From an uncultured Nitrososphaeria archaeon (GTDB lineage: Archaea > Thermoproteota > Nitrososphaeria > Geothermarchaeales > JDFR-13): a stretch of DNA of 58,306 bases. The notes under the pieces were generated by a model. The model was not told where the DNA came from, did not search any database, and saw nothing but the letters and a program-made list of their open reading frames with translations. Made by a program: the position numbers and the translations under genes. The DNA lies in assembly GCA_964529905.1 (NCBI GenBank), contig CAZGXJ010000005.1, forward strand, positions 1-58,306, written 5' to 3'. The first letter of the stretch is position 1; the number at the start of each line of letters is the position of its first letter. This document shows positions 8,705 through 18,928 of this stretch, piece by piece.

Positions 8705-9481
8705 CTATTCCTCAGATCTAGGAGCTGTAATAAATTGGTAACTTTCAGCCTCTAACATATCAAATTTTAAGCTTAGCGGATATTCAGTTGAGAATTCTAG
8801 GGTGACTACACCTGATATAGTGGATATCTCTCTAACCACATCAAGAATTGGTTTTACTACATATACCGCTGTAGAATCACTAGATACATTTATTTCTAAT
8901 ATTTCAACATTATCTGGATATCTTAGCTTATGCACAGACTGGAAGCCTTCTTCACTTTTACTTATAAATTCTATTTCACTATTTGTTGCATGTACGGTAA
9001 CCGTTTCACTTACATCTTTGGATTCTTTCAATACATCTCTCAATGTCTGGGAAACCATTCTTACATTTGCTGCGAAATCTATTTCAGGGACCCTTGCAAG
9101 TTCTCTCTCTTCATCTAACATTGCTGGTAAGACGAAACGCTTCTCATAGGGCCTCCTTGAAGAAATTATAAATCTCCCTTCTCCCGCTTCTATAGTCAAT
9201 TCATCTGCCTTTGATAAAGCCTTAGAATATTTTAGGAGTTTATCGCTGTGGACACAAATAAAGAATGGAGACTCAGCTGTAAATTCGAACTCCTCAAAAT
9301 ATGGTTCGCCAAAATAAGCATTTATCATATTCACACGTGTACTATCCAAATCTCTGAATATTATCCCTTCTTCTGAGATATAGAAACATGCTTCATCGAC
9401 CATCTTCTCTATAGTTGTGACTACCTTTATCCATCTCTTAATCTTATCAGAATCTATAGTAGCCTTGAACATATCAATCAC
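8705..9481 (-). CDS. pcn: PCNA sliding clamp
   Basis: MF.A, vDEA.F, D..RV, C-terminal APR; size and context. Confidence 0.9.
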   Translation of the reverse strand: MIDMFKATIDSDKIKRWIKVVTTIEKMVDEACFYISEEGIIFRDLDSTRVNMINAYFGEPYFEEFEFTAESPFFICVHSDKLLKYSKALSKADELTIEAGEGRFIISSRRPYEKRFVLPAMLDEERELARVPEIDFAANVRMVSQTLRDVLKESKDVSETVTVHATNSEIEFISKSEEGFQSVHKLRYPDNVEILEINVSSDSTAVYVVKPILDVVREISTISGVVTLEFSTEYPLSLKFDMLEAESYQFITAPRSEE

Positions 9482-9505
9482 CGTTATAATAAAAACATAA
9501 CTATA

Positions 9506-9820
9506 TCAGGTATATATCCTCCAAGTATATCTACACTTTGTACATCTATAGAAGACCGTTCCTCCTTCATCCCCAGATCTTGTCTGGACGATCCACGTAT
9601 ATGCCTCATTATTCCCACATTTAGGACACTCAACTTTTACTACAGGCTCAGCCGTTGTATCTTTATCTAGATTTAAAACTTTATTCTCTCTAGTCACTGG
9701 AATCGATAATTCGGTATTTCCATAGGGTTCTTCATAGCCACAAGATGGACAGATATATACTAGTGACCCATTTTTATTCTCAAGCTTCATTAGATCTTTA
9801 CATTTCGGACAGAATTTCAT
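9506..9820 (-). CDS. tfs: Transcript cleavage factor TFS
   Basis: MKFCPKC and QTRSGDE..T.FY.C..C..W zinc ribbons; acidic DE intact. Confidence 0.93.
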   Translation of the reverse strand: MKFCPKCKDLMKLENKNGSLVYICPSCGYEEPYGNTELSIPVTRENKVLNLDKDTTAEPVVKVECPKCGNNEAYTWIVQTRSGDEGGTVFYRCTKCRYTWRIYT

Positions 9821-10122
9821 TTTCCTACCTCCATAAGATTAAGGATAGAATCTCTTAACTCAGAAAGATAATTTAACATTTTCTCAACACATTCAATGAT
9901 TATTTCTCTATATTGGCTTTCCTCCACCTCCTCTTTGAAATACACGTCGAAAAATATTTCTTTTTGGAATGGGTGGGGCTGATGGAAACCTGCTCCTAAT
10001 ATCCGGTCATCATCCATTAAAGCTTTTTGAAGAATATTTCCAAATGTGAACGTCTCCCCAGATATCTTCATTCTAAGTCTACCTTTCTCAATCTTCACTA
10101 TTTGGACTTCCATTTCTAACAC
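9817..10122 (-). CDS. rpoL: RNA polymerase subunit L (Rpo11)
   Basis: GE..T.GN.L, A.....HP; context. Confidence 0.88.
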   Translation of the reverse strand: MLEMEVQIVKIEKGRLRMKISGETFTFGNILQKALMDDDRILGAGFHQPHPFQKEIFFDVYFKEEVEESQYREIIIECVEKMLNYLSELRDSILNLMEVGK

Positions 10123-10154
10123 CCTACCTAATAGCTAAATAACTACTCTATCAA

Positions 10155-10748
10155 CTAGTATAAAAGCTTTTTTATTATAGCGTTTCCGTACATCGGAGAT
10201 AACTTTTTATACTGAATGGATTTACATTGTGGACATACCAATATTTTTCTTTGGGTATCTTTTTCAATATCTACATACATTATCTCTCCACAATATTTAC
10301 ATAGAGATTTAACGACTCCATATTGTTTATCTCTAATCGAGATATGTAGTAACCGGTTCTTCTTACTAACTATGATACCATATATTTCATCCCTCAATCC
10401 ATATACCTTGTCTACATTTGTCACCCTATAAGGTGGATATACGACGGCGGTCTGTTTATAAGGCAATTGGTTCCACCTCTTCCTATCACTTGAATAAAAC
10501 TCTATCTGTACATATCCAAAAACACCTGAGATGTTTATGATTGATCCTATTACTTCATACCCTACTTCTATCTTAATTGGAGATTTTAGTGGGATTACGT
10601 TGATTACTCTTTTGTTCCAGTCAATATCCACCCTACCTTCCACCATACTTCTAATCACGTCTCCATCAACATATGTATTTTCCCCTTCAAGAAATTCTTC
10701 TATATATGCTATTGCATCGCCTGGAGAGACATACTTTTTATCTATCAT
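10155..10748 (-). CDS. csl4: Exosome cap subunit Csl4
   Basis: V.PGD....EEF..G..TY, S1 domain, GVV...C..CG..CP.C...KKLS. Confidence 0.9.
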   Translation of the reverse strand: MIDKKYVSPGDAIAYIEEFLEGENTYVDGDVIRSMVEGRVDIDWNKRVINVIPLKSPIKIEVGYEVIGSIINISGVFGYVQIEFYSSDRKRWNQLPYKQTAVVYPPYRVTNVDKVYGLRDEIYGIIVSKKNRLLHISIRDKQYGVVKSLCKYCGEIMYVDIEKDTQRKILVCPQCKSIQYKKLSPMYGNAIIKKLLY

Positions 10749-10769
10749 TATGACACACCTCCATATTTG

Positions 10770-11867
10770 CTATTTGAGAGGAGGATAAACTTCATTAAAA
10801 TCCTTTAATCCTAGTAGAATTAAAAGCTGCTCAAAATTTAAAACCGGTCTATTGAATCTAGTTAAATCATCTATAGCTATTCTAGGACACCCCGCAATCA
10901 CAGGTATTTCATTTTTAGGAATTAAATTAATTAAATTCTCATCTATTCTTTCGCTATGATAGATTGAATATTTTAAGTTATGCTTCTTAAGGATCCTTAA
11001 TATATGAGGAAGGCCTCCAATAAAAGGTTGATGGCTATCTTTAACAACAATAACGGCAAAACGCTGATAATTAGATGCTCTATAGATATTCCAAGCTATA
11101 AGTGACCTATATTTGTTTGATAATTTGGACATATCAGTTATTTTATTGTTAAATGGATCAATTAGAATTGTTGGGATACCAGTATATAGTGAAACTCCTA
11201 ATGCATGAAATATACCTGATGATACAACGATAAATATTGTTTTATCTGGGTTAGATATTTGTAATTGATGGTTTAAACATCCCAATATTTGGCCTTGGAT
11301 CATTCCTGGTAGTCTCGGCATCTTTACATTATAACCTCTATGAAGAAGCAGTTTAAGGAGAGATTCAGCCGCTTTCTTATATTGGATAGAATAGACTATG
11401 TTTATATGGTCTGCCTTCAAATCTTCAACATACTTGAAAACTTGTGAAGCCAGTTCATCAGATATATTTACATCATCAAATACTGGAATGAAATAAAATT
11501 TTGTCTTTTGAATTCTCAATTTTTTAAAAGAATGGGGAAAAGGGGTATGCCCAATGTGTATTACTAAATCTGGCTTTAGATATTGATAATATTGAATATC
11601 TATATCACATGAGCCATATCGAGGTGTTCCATTTATTATTATTTCTATATCTCTACCACTATCGCCAAGTTCATCTTTTAATGAGCCAATAGAATCGGAT
11701 ATTTTAAATAGATATGGTTCACTCGCTTCAATAACTATTCTTTTAGCAAATCTATTTCTATCGAGTATTCTTTTGAGAAGATTTATTATGTTTTCTTCAG
11801 TTGACTCTGATCTACTTACGTTCTTCAACATGGATATAGGCCCCTTTCGGTACTTTTGAAGCGCCAA
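10770..11867 (-). CDS. dph2: Diphthamide biosynthesis Fe-S enzyme Dph2 (start probably downstream of 11867)
   Basis: YGSCD, HIGH, GQILGC, G.FH, CPRIAIDD. Confidence 0.88.
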   Translation of the reverse strand: MALQKYRKGPISMLKNVSRSESTEENIINLLKRILDRNRFAKRIVIEASEPYLFKISDSIGSLKDELGDSGRDIEIIINGTPRYGSCDIDIQYYQYLKPDLVIHIGHTPFPHSFKKLRIQKTKFYFIPVFDDVNISDELASQVFKYVEDLKADHINIVYSIQYKKAAESLLKLLLHRGYNVKMPRLPGMIQGQILGCLNHQLQISNPDKTIFIVVSSGIFHALGVSLYTGIPTILIDPFNNKITDMSKLSNKYRSLIAWNIYRASNYQRFAVIVVKDSHQPFIGGLPHILRILKKHNLKYSIYHSERIDENLINLIPKNEIPVIAGCPRIAIDDLTRFNRPVLNFEQLLILLGLKDFNEVYPPLK

Positions 11868-12309
11868 TCTTTAAAGCTTTCCTTGCAACATCTATGAAAT
11901 TCTTAAATGTAAATACTCTAGCTATGGTTTGGTCTTTTCTAACTGCGGCTGCTCTTCCCACTGGTTTGCCGAAGGCACGCCTCATACCTTCCTGCAACCT
12001 ATCTGCACCAGCACCCGTCATCATCTTATTTTCCCTTAAGACGTGGTGAGGATATACGACTATGGTAAAATAATAGTTTTGAGTTCCGATTTTCTTCTGT
12101 AGTTGTCTATTAACGTTTACACGTATTGATTCCAAAGCCACATCTCTCAGATAAATCGTCTCATTAGCTTTTAATTCAAGAACCACTTCATAATCTTCTC
12201 TCCAATTACCCATGTTGAATCTAGTTATCCTTGGCTGTGGAGCGCCATGAATAAACTCTTGTCTAGTATATGGAACACCTTTTACATTTCTAAAGTTTCT
12301 AGCTTTCAT
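11812..12309 (-). CDS. rpl10e: Ribosomal protein L10e/uL16
   Basis: YPHHVLRENKM..GAGADRLQEGMR.AFGKP.G. Confidence 0.97.
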   Translation of the reverse strand: MKARNFRNVKGVPYTRQEFIHGAPQPRITRFNMGNWREDYEVVLELKANETIYLRDVALESIRVNVNRQLQKKIGTQNYYFTIVVYPHHVLRENKMMTGAGADRLQEGMRRAFGKPVGRAAAVRKDQTIARVFTFKNFIDVARKALKIGASKVPKGAYIHVEERK

Positions 12310-12354
12310 AATTCCACACTCAAAAGTAAACTATAGACATTGATTAATATTTAT

Positions 12355-13074
12355 TTAAGAGGGTTCACCATATAACACAGAGAAGATCCTTCTATATAAT
12401 GCAACAAGAGATTTAATATCAGATCCACTTAAGTTCGATAATGCTATCGACCTTTTAACGATATCTCTTAAAGATTTACTAAATAATTCCTTTTTGAAAA
12501 GTTTATATGAAATCTTCTCAACATATTCAGCGATAAGCTTGAGATCTTCCACTCTTCCCAGTCTTTTTACCTCCATGCTTTTTAACTCACGCGATAAATT
12601 GTAGATATGATAAGAAATTATAGCTACAGCAGTAGATAGATTTAAAGATGGATATTTTTTTGAAGTAGGGATTCTCACTATGAAATCTGCATAGCTAAGT
12701 TCTTCTTTTGTCAATCCAGTACTTTCACGGCCAAACATTATTCCAATTTTCTCTATAGAAAATTTTGAAATTATTCTATTCATGTCCTCAGGAGTGATAT
12801 GTTGACTCCATGGATATCTATATGATATGATACCGCTTGTCCCAAAGACAATATCCAGATCACTCACTGAATCACCGACCGAATCATATATTTTTAATTT
12901 TTTTAATCTGTGAGCCGCGTTACTTGCAAATATCTCTGCGAGGTCATAATCTTCATCTGATAGTTTAGGGTCAACCAATCTTATCTCATTTATATTGAAG
13001 TTATCTGCAAGTCTACATATTAGCCCAAGGTTGATACCTCCTTCGATACCCACAAGGATATATGTAAATTTCAT
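12355..13074 (-). CDS. trmJ: TrmJ/LasT-type SPOUT tRNA methyltransferase
   Basis: NLG.ICR...NF, FGRESTGLT.EEL, IPTS..YPSLNLS.AV. Confidence 0.88.
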   Translation of the reverse strand: MKFTYILVGIEGGINLGLICRLADNFNINEIRLVDPKLSDEDYDLAEIFASNAAHRLKKLKIYDSVGDSVSDLDIVFGTSGIISYRYPWSQHITPEDMNRIISKFSIEKIGIMFGRESTGLTKEELSYADFIVRIPTSKKYPSLNLSTAVAIISYHIYNLSRELKSMEVKRLGRVEDLKLIAEYVEKISYKLFKKELFSKSLRDIVKRSIALSNLSGSDIKSLVALYRRIFSVLYGEPS

Positions 13075-13170
13075 AATTAACTTCCCCTCTAAACTACTAC
13101 AATCGCTTGGAAACTATAACAATTATCTAGTGGGGAATAAATTTCTTAAGAAGTTTTACAATCATAATTT

Positions 13171-14244
13171 TTGGACATGGTAACTAATCTACCGGCGGAA
13201 GCGAGGAGCCAATGGAGAAAAGTTATGGAGGCTAAAACACCGGAAGAGAAACTAGAGGCTTTAAAACGCTTCTATAGCTTAATTCCTAAACACAAAGGAA
13301 CGAAGAATTTGGTAAGATCGGTTAGGACGCAGATGGCCAGATTGAGAGAGGAAATAGAGGAAAAAAAGAAGAAAAAAGTGGGAAGATATGTATCCCCCTG
13401 GTCATTTACCGTAAATGGAGATATAAAAGTACTGGTGATAAGTTCCAACTATGCCTTATTATCTGATTTTCTAGATAGAACATTGGGAAATAGTGAGAGA
13501 TATATGTTATGGAGAATGTTACCAACTATGTACACAAAAATAATTAATGATATTGAGGTTGCTTTCTCAGTCGCACCACCACTAGGGGCTGATCCTAAAA
13601 TAGATGATAAGATTTTGAATATCTTTAAACAGGTAGACTTCGTATTAGGAATAGCTAAGGATAAGATGGAAGTTAAATTTCTAAAAGATCATTTACTTAA
13701 CTATGGTTTTGAAATATCCTCAGAACCGATTAAGGTATCAATTTCTAAGACTCCTTCTGGGGGTATTAGGGTATATAATGTAGCTCCCCCTCTTGTGGAA
13801 GATATAAGGAATAGGTTAAGGAGATATGGTATTCACAATGCTATAATTAAGGTTTATGGAAAACTTAATGATGGAGACACTTTTGAGGAGATAATTCTAG
13901 GCATCAGAAATTATTTTAAAGGTAACTATATCATAATAGAGGATAGTAACAACTTCAAAACGGTTAAAGGTGAAAGATATAAATTTAATGAGATGGGGAA
14001 TTACCTAATAAAAGAGCTGGGGTTAATAAGGGTTTATCCTTGCCGCGACATTAAAGAGGAGGTAGGTAAACCGATAGTTTTAAAAAGTGGCGCCACAGTT
14101 GCGGATCTAGCTGGTGAAATTCATACAAGTTTTAAGGACAGAATCAGATATGCTTTAGTTCTTAGAAACGGAAAAGTAATTAGAGTAAGTCCCTCCGCAA
14201 ATTTACAAGACATGGATAAAGTAACTATTAAACTAAAAGTTTAG
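13171..14244 (+). CDS. DRG/OBG-like protein with TGS domain and degenerate GTPase domain
   Basis: MVTNLP.EA, PKHKGT N-terminus; GGI insert; TV.DLA..IH TGS domain; no GxxxxGKS, DxxG or NKxD. Confidence 0.8.
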   Translation: MDMVTNLPAEARSQWRKVMEAKTPEEKLEALKRFYSLIPKHKGTKNLVRSVRTQMARLREEIEEKKKKKVGRYVSPWSFTVNGDIKVLVISSNYALLSDFLDRTLGNSERYMLWRMLPTMYTKIINDIEVAFSVAPPLGADPKIDDKILNIFKQVDFVLGIAKDKMEVKFLKDHLLNYGFEISSEPIKVSISKTPSGGIRVYNVAPPLVEDIRNRLRRYGIHNAIIKVYGKLNDGDTFEEIILGIRNYFKGNYIIIEDSNNFKTVKGERYKFNEMGNYLIKELGLIRVYPCRDIKEEVGKPIVLKSGATVADLAGEIHTSFKDRIRYALVLRNGKVIRVSPSANLQDMDKVTIKLKV

Positions 14245-14264
14245 AAAGGAAAAGATAAATGTCT

Positions 14265-14828
14265 TTATTCACCTAGGGAGATCCATCTACGCGACCATTC
14301 TAAGAGAATATTATATTGTGATTTTCCTTCTATTTCCTCTACTAATTTATCTCTTAATACAATTATTGGATCAATTCCTAAACGTTCCTTAATATCTTTA
14401 TATGAGTTAAATATTTTTTCTTCCCTCTCCTCGAGTATTTTTACAACTGTTTTTTTACCAATTCCAGGAAGCAATTCTAATGCATGTCCTCTATGTGTTA
14501 TAGGCCCCGCTTTGTTGAAAAAAGCTATCCATTTATCCTCATCCATTAGTATAAGCTTTTCAACCGCCTTTCTCAAATTTTTTCTTGCATTCTCAGTCAA
14601 ATCTCTATAGGATAAGAACCTGCTGAACCTTTTAACCTTCCTTCTCCCATGGCCTACATATACACGTTCAAAAAGTTTAAATTCAACATTTGGATCTAAT
14701 TGGAATTCCATCAACTTGAAATACTTCTCTCCGATAACCTGGCCCAACAGAATGTCCCTACCTCGTCTATATATATCTAATAATATTGCGTAGTCCTCCC
14801 ACTCCCTTTCTCTTCTCTCTCTATACAT
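14265..14828 (-). CDS. DUF655 family HhH nucleic-acid-binding protein
   Basis: E.YA..LD, Q.IGE..F.L.E, FFN.A.PIT.R.H.LELLPGIGKK. Confidence 0.9.
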   Translation of the reverse strand: MYRERREREWEDYAILLDIYRRGRDILLGQVIGEKYFKLMEFQLDPNVEFKLFERVYVGHGRRKVKRFSRFLSYRDLTENARKNLRKAVEKLILMDEDKWIAFFNKAGPITHRGHALELLPGIGKKTVVKILEEREEKIFNSYKDIKERLGIDPIIVLRDKLVEEIEGKSQYNILLEWSRRWISLGE

Positions 14829-14880
14829 CTATCGATGACACCCTGAATACGTAAGAAGAGCCTTAAAAATATAGGGCAAA

Positions 14881-15228
14881 TTAAATGACTTTTTCCTCTT
14901 TTAAAACCGACAGTATCTTTTGTGGAAGATCACCCAGAATAACTCTTTCGTGGAAGATCTCCTTTATTTCTTCTGGAGTCTTTGGAAGAATATTTATAAT
15001 TTGGACCGCCTTCTCCTCGTCCACACCTTCTATTTCGACTAATTTTTTCTTCAATATTTTAGCTTTTTCCGGGCTTATCTTAGAAAATTTATTTACATAT
15101 TCTCTTACTTTCGATACTATAGGAGGTATTTCTTCCTCTGGAAAGTCTAAATTATCTAATACTTCCTTCATTTCAGGGATTGAAATTGGCTCTTCCTTCA
15201 AAATTTTTCTACCTACTTCCTCACTCAT
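14881..15228 (-). CDS. rpoF: RNA polymerase subunit F (Rpo4)
   Basis: Y...FSK...E.A, A..I.N..P....E; rpl21e-rpoF-DUF655 synteny. Confidence 0.9.
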   Translation of the reverse strand: MSEEVGRKILKEEPISIPEMKEVLDNLDFPEEEIPPIVSKVREYVNKFSKISPEKAKILKKKLVEIEGVDEEKAVQIINILPKTPEEIKEIFHERVILGDLPQKILSVLKEEKVI

Positions 15229-15273
15229 AACAAAATATAAATATAATTCATCAATATAACTAAGTTACCTTAA

Positions 15274-15564
15274 CTATCCACTATGTGGCTTTAAATGCTC
15301 TGGTGGAACTATCAATAGAACCTTTTTATCTCCTTTAGAGACTTCCACTTCAAAAGCTTTACCCCTCCTTTTCCTTATTACCCCAATTTTACCGTGGTAT
15401 CGTCTATGAGGCATATTTTCTTGGAATCTAGGGTCAATATATATAACTACTTTATCGCCTTTTGAAAGGCCTTCAAGTTTCAAAAGTCTATCGCTAAACC
15501 CCGGATTACCCCTTCTTTTTAATAATTTCCTCGTTTTTACCTTGTATCCTTTAGATTGTGGCAT
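15274..15564 (-). CDS. rpl21e: Ribosomal protein L21e
   Basis: SKG...KTR, MPHRRYHGK.G, PEHL. Confidence 0.96.
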   Translation of the reverse strand: MPQSKGYKVKTRKLLKRRGNPGFSDRLLKLEGLSKGDKVVIYIDPRFQENMPHRRYHGKIGVIRKRRGKAFEVEVSKGDKKVLLIVPPEHLKPHSG

Positions 15565-15643
15565 ATTACCTCACTATACAATAAAGACTAAGTAATTCCA
15601 AATATAAAGGTTGATATCTGGCTAAGGATCATTATTCACAATG

Positions 15644-16978
15644 CTATATCGACCCTTTTAATGCTTCTCTAAGGAATCTTTTATGCCTCCTATCTTTAAG
15701 CATTTTCTTCATGATCTTATACTGCTTGATTAATTCTTTCACAGTCTTTTCATCCACTCCAGATCCTCTACTTATCCTTGTTAATCTAGATCCCTTAATT
15801 ATTTCTGGATTAAGTTTTTCTTCTAGAGTCATCGAGTCTATCGCTACCCGCCATTTCTTAAGACGCTCCTCGATCCTAGAGATATCCTCCCTGTTAATTT
15901 TAGATGAGAAGCCTGGTAGATAGGAGAGAACTTTGTATAACCCGCCCAATTTCTCGATATTTTCAAATTGTTCAACTACATCTATTAATGTTAAACGTCC
16001 CTTTGCTATTTTTCTCAGTTTATCTATATCATATTCCTCTTTCTTTATAATTTTCTCAGCTCTAGCTAAGAGCCCAGTTATATCTCCTATTCCCATTAAT
16101 CGTGCAACGAAACTTTTTGGATTATAGAACTCAATATCGTCTAACTTCTCACCTGTACCAATGAAAAATACGTGGGCTCCTGAGGCAACAGCGGCAGATA
16201 TCGCACCTCCACCTTTAGCTGAGCCGTCCATTTTTGTAATTACTATTCCATCGATCTTCACCTTTTCTTTTAATGCCATAGTATGGTCATATGCCTTCTG
16301 ACCCATATATGAGTCTATTACAAGCATAACGAAGTCTGGGTTAGATTCTTTACTTATTAAATTTAGCTCTTCGATTAGAGAAGCCTCGTTTTTATGTCTC
16401 CCTGCGGTATCTATTAGAATTACATCACATTCTTTAAGATGGTTTAGCGAATCCTTTAATCTCTTTTTAATATCTATATGTTTAGAGTCATAAAAGTTTA
16501 TTCTCTCTTTGAAATTCTCTATCTTATTTAATAATTGTCTAAGCTGCTCGATGGCTGCGGGTCTATATATATCCAGGCTGAACACGCCTACCTTGTATCC
16601 CTCTTCCGCCAGTAATTTAGCTATTTTAGCTACTGTAGTTGTCTTACCAGATCCTTCAAGGCCAACGAATAGAACTGTAAAAGGTTTTTTAGTTATATTA
16701 ATTCTAACCTCCTCACCCCCCAAAATTTTTACAAGTTCATCATAGAGAACTTTTATGACTACATCTTTAATGGATCGTTTATCCCTTAATCTAAGCTCTA
16801 AGACTTTTTCTCTTACGTTTCTTGTCAGAGATAGAACTATCTTGACATTTACGTCAGCGCTCAACAAAATTCTTTGAATATCCTTTATAATCTCATTTAA
16901 TGCTTTTTCATCGATATATGGCTTTGAATATATCTTAGATATTAAACTCTTGAATTTTTGGTCTAATAATCCCATCAT
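15644..16978 (-). CDS. srp54: Signal recognition particle protein SRP54
   Basis: GLEGSGKTTT, DTAGRH, TKMDG, M domain SMT.EE...R..RI.RGSG. Confidence 0.95.
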   Translation of the reverse strand: MMGLLDQKFKSLISKIYSKPYIDEKALNEIIKDIQRILLSADVNVKIVLSLTRNVREKVLELRLRDKRSIKDVVIKVLYDELVKILGGEEVRINITKKPFTVLFVGLEGSGKTTTVAKIAKLLAEEGYKVGVFSLDIYRPAAIEQLRQLLNKIENFKERINFYDSKHIDIKKRLKDSLNHLKECDVILIDTAGRHKNEASLIEELNLISKESNPDFVMLVIDSYMGQKAYDHTMALKEKVKIDGIVITKMDGSAKGGGAISAAVASGAHVFFIGTGEKLDDIEFYNPKSFVARLMGIGDITGLLARAEKIIKKEEYDIDKLRKIAKGRLTLIDVVEQFENIEKLGGLYKVLSYLPGFSSKINREDISRIEERLKKWRVAIDSMTLEEKLNPEIIKGSRLTRISRGSGVDEKTVKELIKQYKIMKKMLKDRRHKRFLREALKGSI

Positions 16979-17106
16979 TTCGCAAAACCTATTTAGATAT
17001 GTGGAACACCTAAAATAAAAATATATTTCTCATTACTTTAACAGTGAGCCGTAACATTAACATGGGTATAAATATACCTCTCCTTGATTTAGCTTATTGA
17101 GTATCC

Positions 17107-17661
17107 ATGAAACAAGATAGAATAGCATTATTAATAGGTAGATTCCAGCCATTCCATAAGGGTCATTTACATGCAGTTAAATACATACTATCTAGAGAAA
17201 AATTTCTGTATATTGGAGTAGGGAGTGCACTAGAATCGCATACAAAGAGAAATCCCTTTACCTTTGCTGAGAGATTCATAATGATCTCATCAGTCTTAAA
17301 AAATGAGGGGATTAATAATGACCTATATTATATACTTCCAATCCCTGACTCGAATATTCATTCAACATGGGTATCCATAGTAGAAAGTATTGTTCCTTCT
17401 TTTCAAGTGGTTTACTCAAATGATCCCCTAACCCGTGTATTAATGAGGGAGAGAGGATATTACGTCGAAGAGATTCCCTTATATATGAGAGAAGTATATT
17501 CAGGTGAGGAATTTAGAAGAAGGGTTGTTGAAAACGGTAACTGGAGGGAACTAATACCCGAACCTGTTTATAAAATAATTCTGGATAGAAGACTCGATCA
17601 AAGGATAAGAGACTTATGGAAAACAGATAAAATAAAGAGATCTAGATTCAGTAAGGAATAA
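17107..17661 (+). CDS. nadM: Nicotinamide-nucleotide adenylyltransferase
   Basis: GRFQPFHKGH, SHT.RNPFT..ER. Confidence 0.92.
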   Translation: MKQDRIALLIGRFQPFHKGHLHAVKYILSREKFLYIGVGSALESHTKRNPFTFAERFIMISSVLKNEGINNDLYYILPIPDSNIHSTWVSIVESIVPSFQVVYSNDPLTRVLMRERGYYVEEIPLYMREVYSGEEFRRRVVENGNWRELIPEPVYKIILDRRLDQRIRDLWKTDKIKRSRFSKE

Positions 17662-17736
17662 CTTAATTAGTATAGTTACAGTTAAATATGTGATATAATT
17701 CATATTTGTTCATTTTGATTAGAAGATGGTGATAGT

Positions 17737-18516
17737 ATGGAGAAGACAGCTAAAAAGAAAAAACAGCCTAGAAAAATTGCTGAGGGAGACTTTGTTCTAA
17801 TAGACTATGTTGGTATGGTAAAAGATTCAGGAGAAGTATTCGATACGACTATAGAGGAAGAAGCTAAAAAAGCAAACATTTACTCCGAAAGAGGTAGATA
17901 TAAACCTTTATTAGTAGTCGTAGGTGAAAGATGGGTTATAGAGGGATTAGATAAGTCATTAGTTGGAAAAAAGGAGGGGGAAGAATATACGGTTGAAATA
18001 CCTCCAGAAGAAGGATTCGGTAGAAGGGACAGTAAGAAAATAGTGACGACTACTATTAAAAAGTTAAGAAGAGCTGGATATGAAGGTGAAGTCGCACCGG
18101 GAATGGTAATAACAGTTAATGGAGCCCCAGCTGTAATTAGAGCCGTAGTTAGTGGTAGGGTAATGTTAGATTTTAACCCTCCATTAGCTGGAAAAACATT
18201 GAAATACAATGTAAAGGTCCATAAAATTATAACAAGAAGGAAGGATAAGATTAAAGCTTTGATAGAGAAATATCTCGGTGATGACATAGAGAAAGTTAAT
18301 TTCAGAGATGAGAAGGAAGCTATAAAAATAGATATGGGAGACCTAGCTTTAAATAAACCAGATATCCATTATCAAAAAAGGAGAATTGCTGATGATTTAA
18401 TCAAATATATAGACGGTATAAAAGAGGTAGATTTCATAGATAAGGTTGTAAAAGAGGAGAGCGAAGAAACTAATCATGAGGAAAAGCCTCACACAAGTAA
18501 AGGTTCAACCCAATAG
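17737..18516 (+). CDS. slyD: Long-type archaeal FKBP peptidyl-prolyl isomerase
   Basis: GD.V.IDY.G, VFDTT, DFN.PLAGK.L. Confidence 0.9.
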   Translation: MEKTAKKKKQPRKIAEGDFVLIDYVGMVKDSGEVFDTTIEEEAKKANIYSERGRYKPLLVVVGERWVIEGLDKSLVGKKEGEEYTVEIPPEEGFGRRDSKKIVTTTIKKLRRAGYEGEVAPGMVITVNGAPAVIRAVVSGRVMLDFNPPLAGKTLKYNVKVHKIITRRKDKIKALIEKYLGDDIEKVNFRDEKEAIKIDMGDLALNKPDIHYQKRRIADDLIKYIDGIKEVDFIDKVVKEESEETNHEEKPHTSKGSTQ

Positions 18517-18928
18517 GGCAGTCTAGCTTACTTAATACCTTTTTAATTACAATTTTCCTACCTAGGAAACTACCGTTATACACACAATATTTAATATATG
18601 GACACTGTTTCTCTGCACAACTTACTTTATTGTATATTACTGGAACATCGATAGGTGGATTTGATGAATTGATACTTATCTTTACGGGAGATTCTTCAAC
18701 CTCAGCGAGATATACATTCTTACCGACTAATTTGCAATATACCTCCCCCTTAGGTTTGATTAGCTTTTTTACCCTATAGCTAAACCCGATCTTTTTATTT
18801 CCATAACATATGTTGAAGAAGTTACATTGTTCACATATGTCCGCCTTATAAATCCTAAATATGTCTCCTACCTTAGTTACTTCAGGATCAAGTAACATAT
18901 ACAACTTCTTTTTTTCACTCTCCATCAA
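18470..18928 (-). CDS. UPF0179 family Cys-rich protein
   Basis: C..C.....C, C....C....C and CP.G..L pattern; typical egsA neighbour. Confidence 0.75.
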   Translation of the reverse strand: MMESEKKKLYMLLDPEVTKVGDIFRIYKADICEQCNFFNICYGNKKIGFSYRVKKLIKPKGEVYCKLVGKNVYLAEVEESPVKISINSSNPPIDVPVIYNKVSCAEKQCPYIKYCVYNGSFLGRKIVIKKVLSKLDCPIGLNLYLCEAFPHD

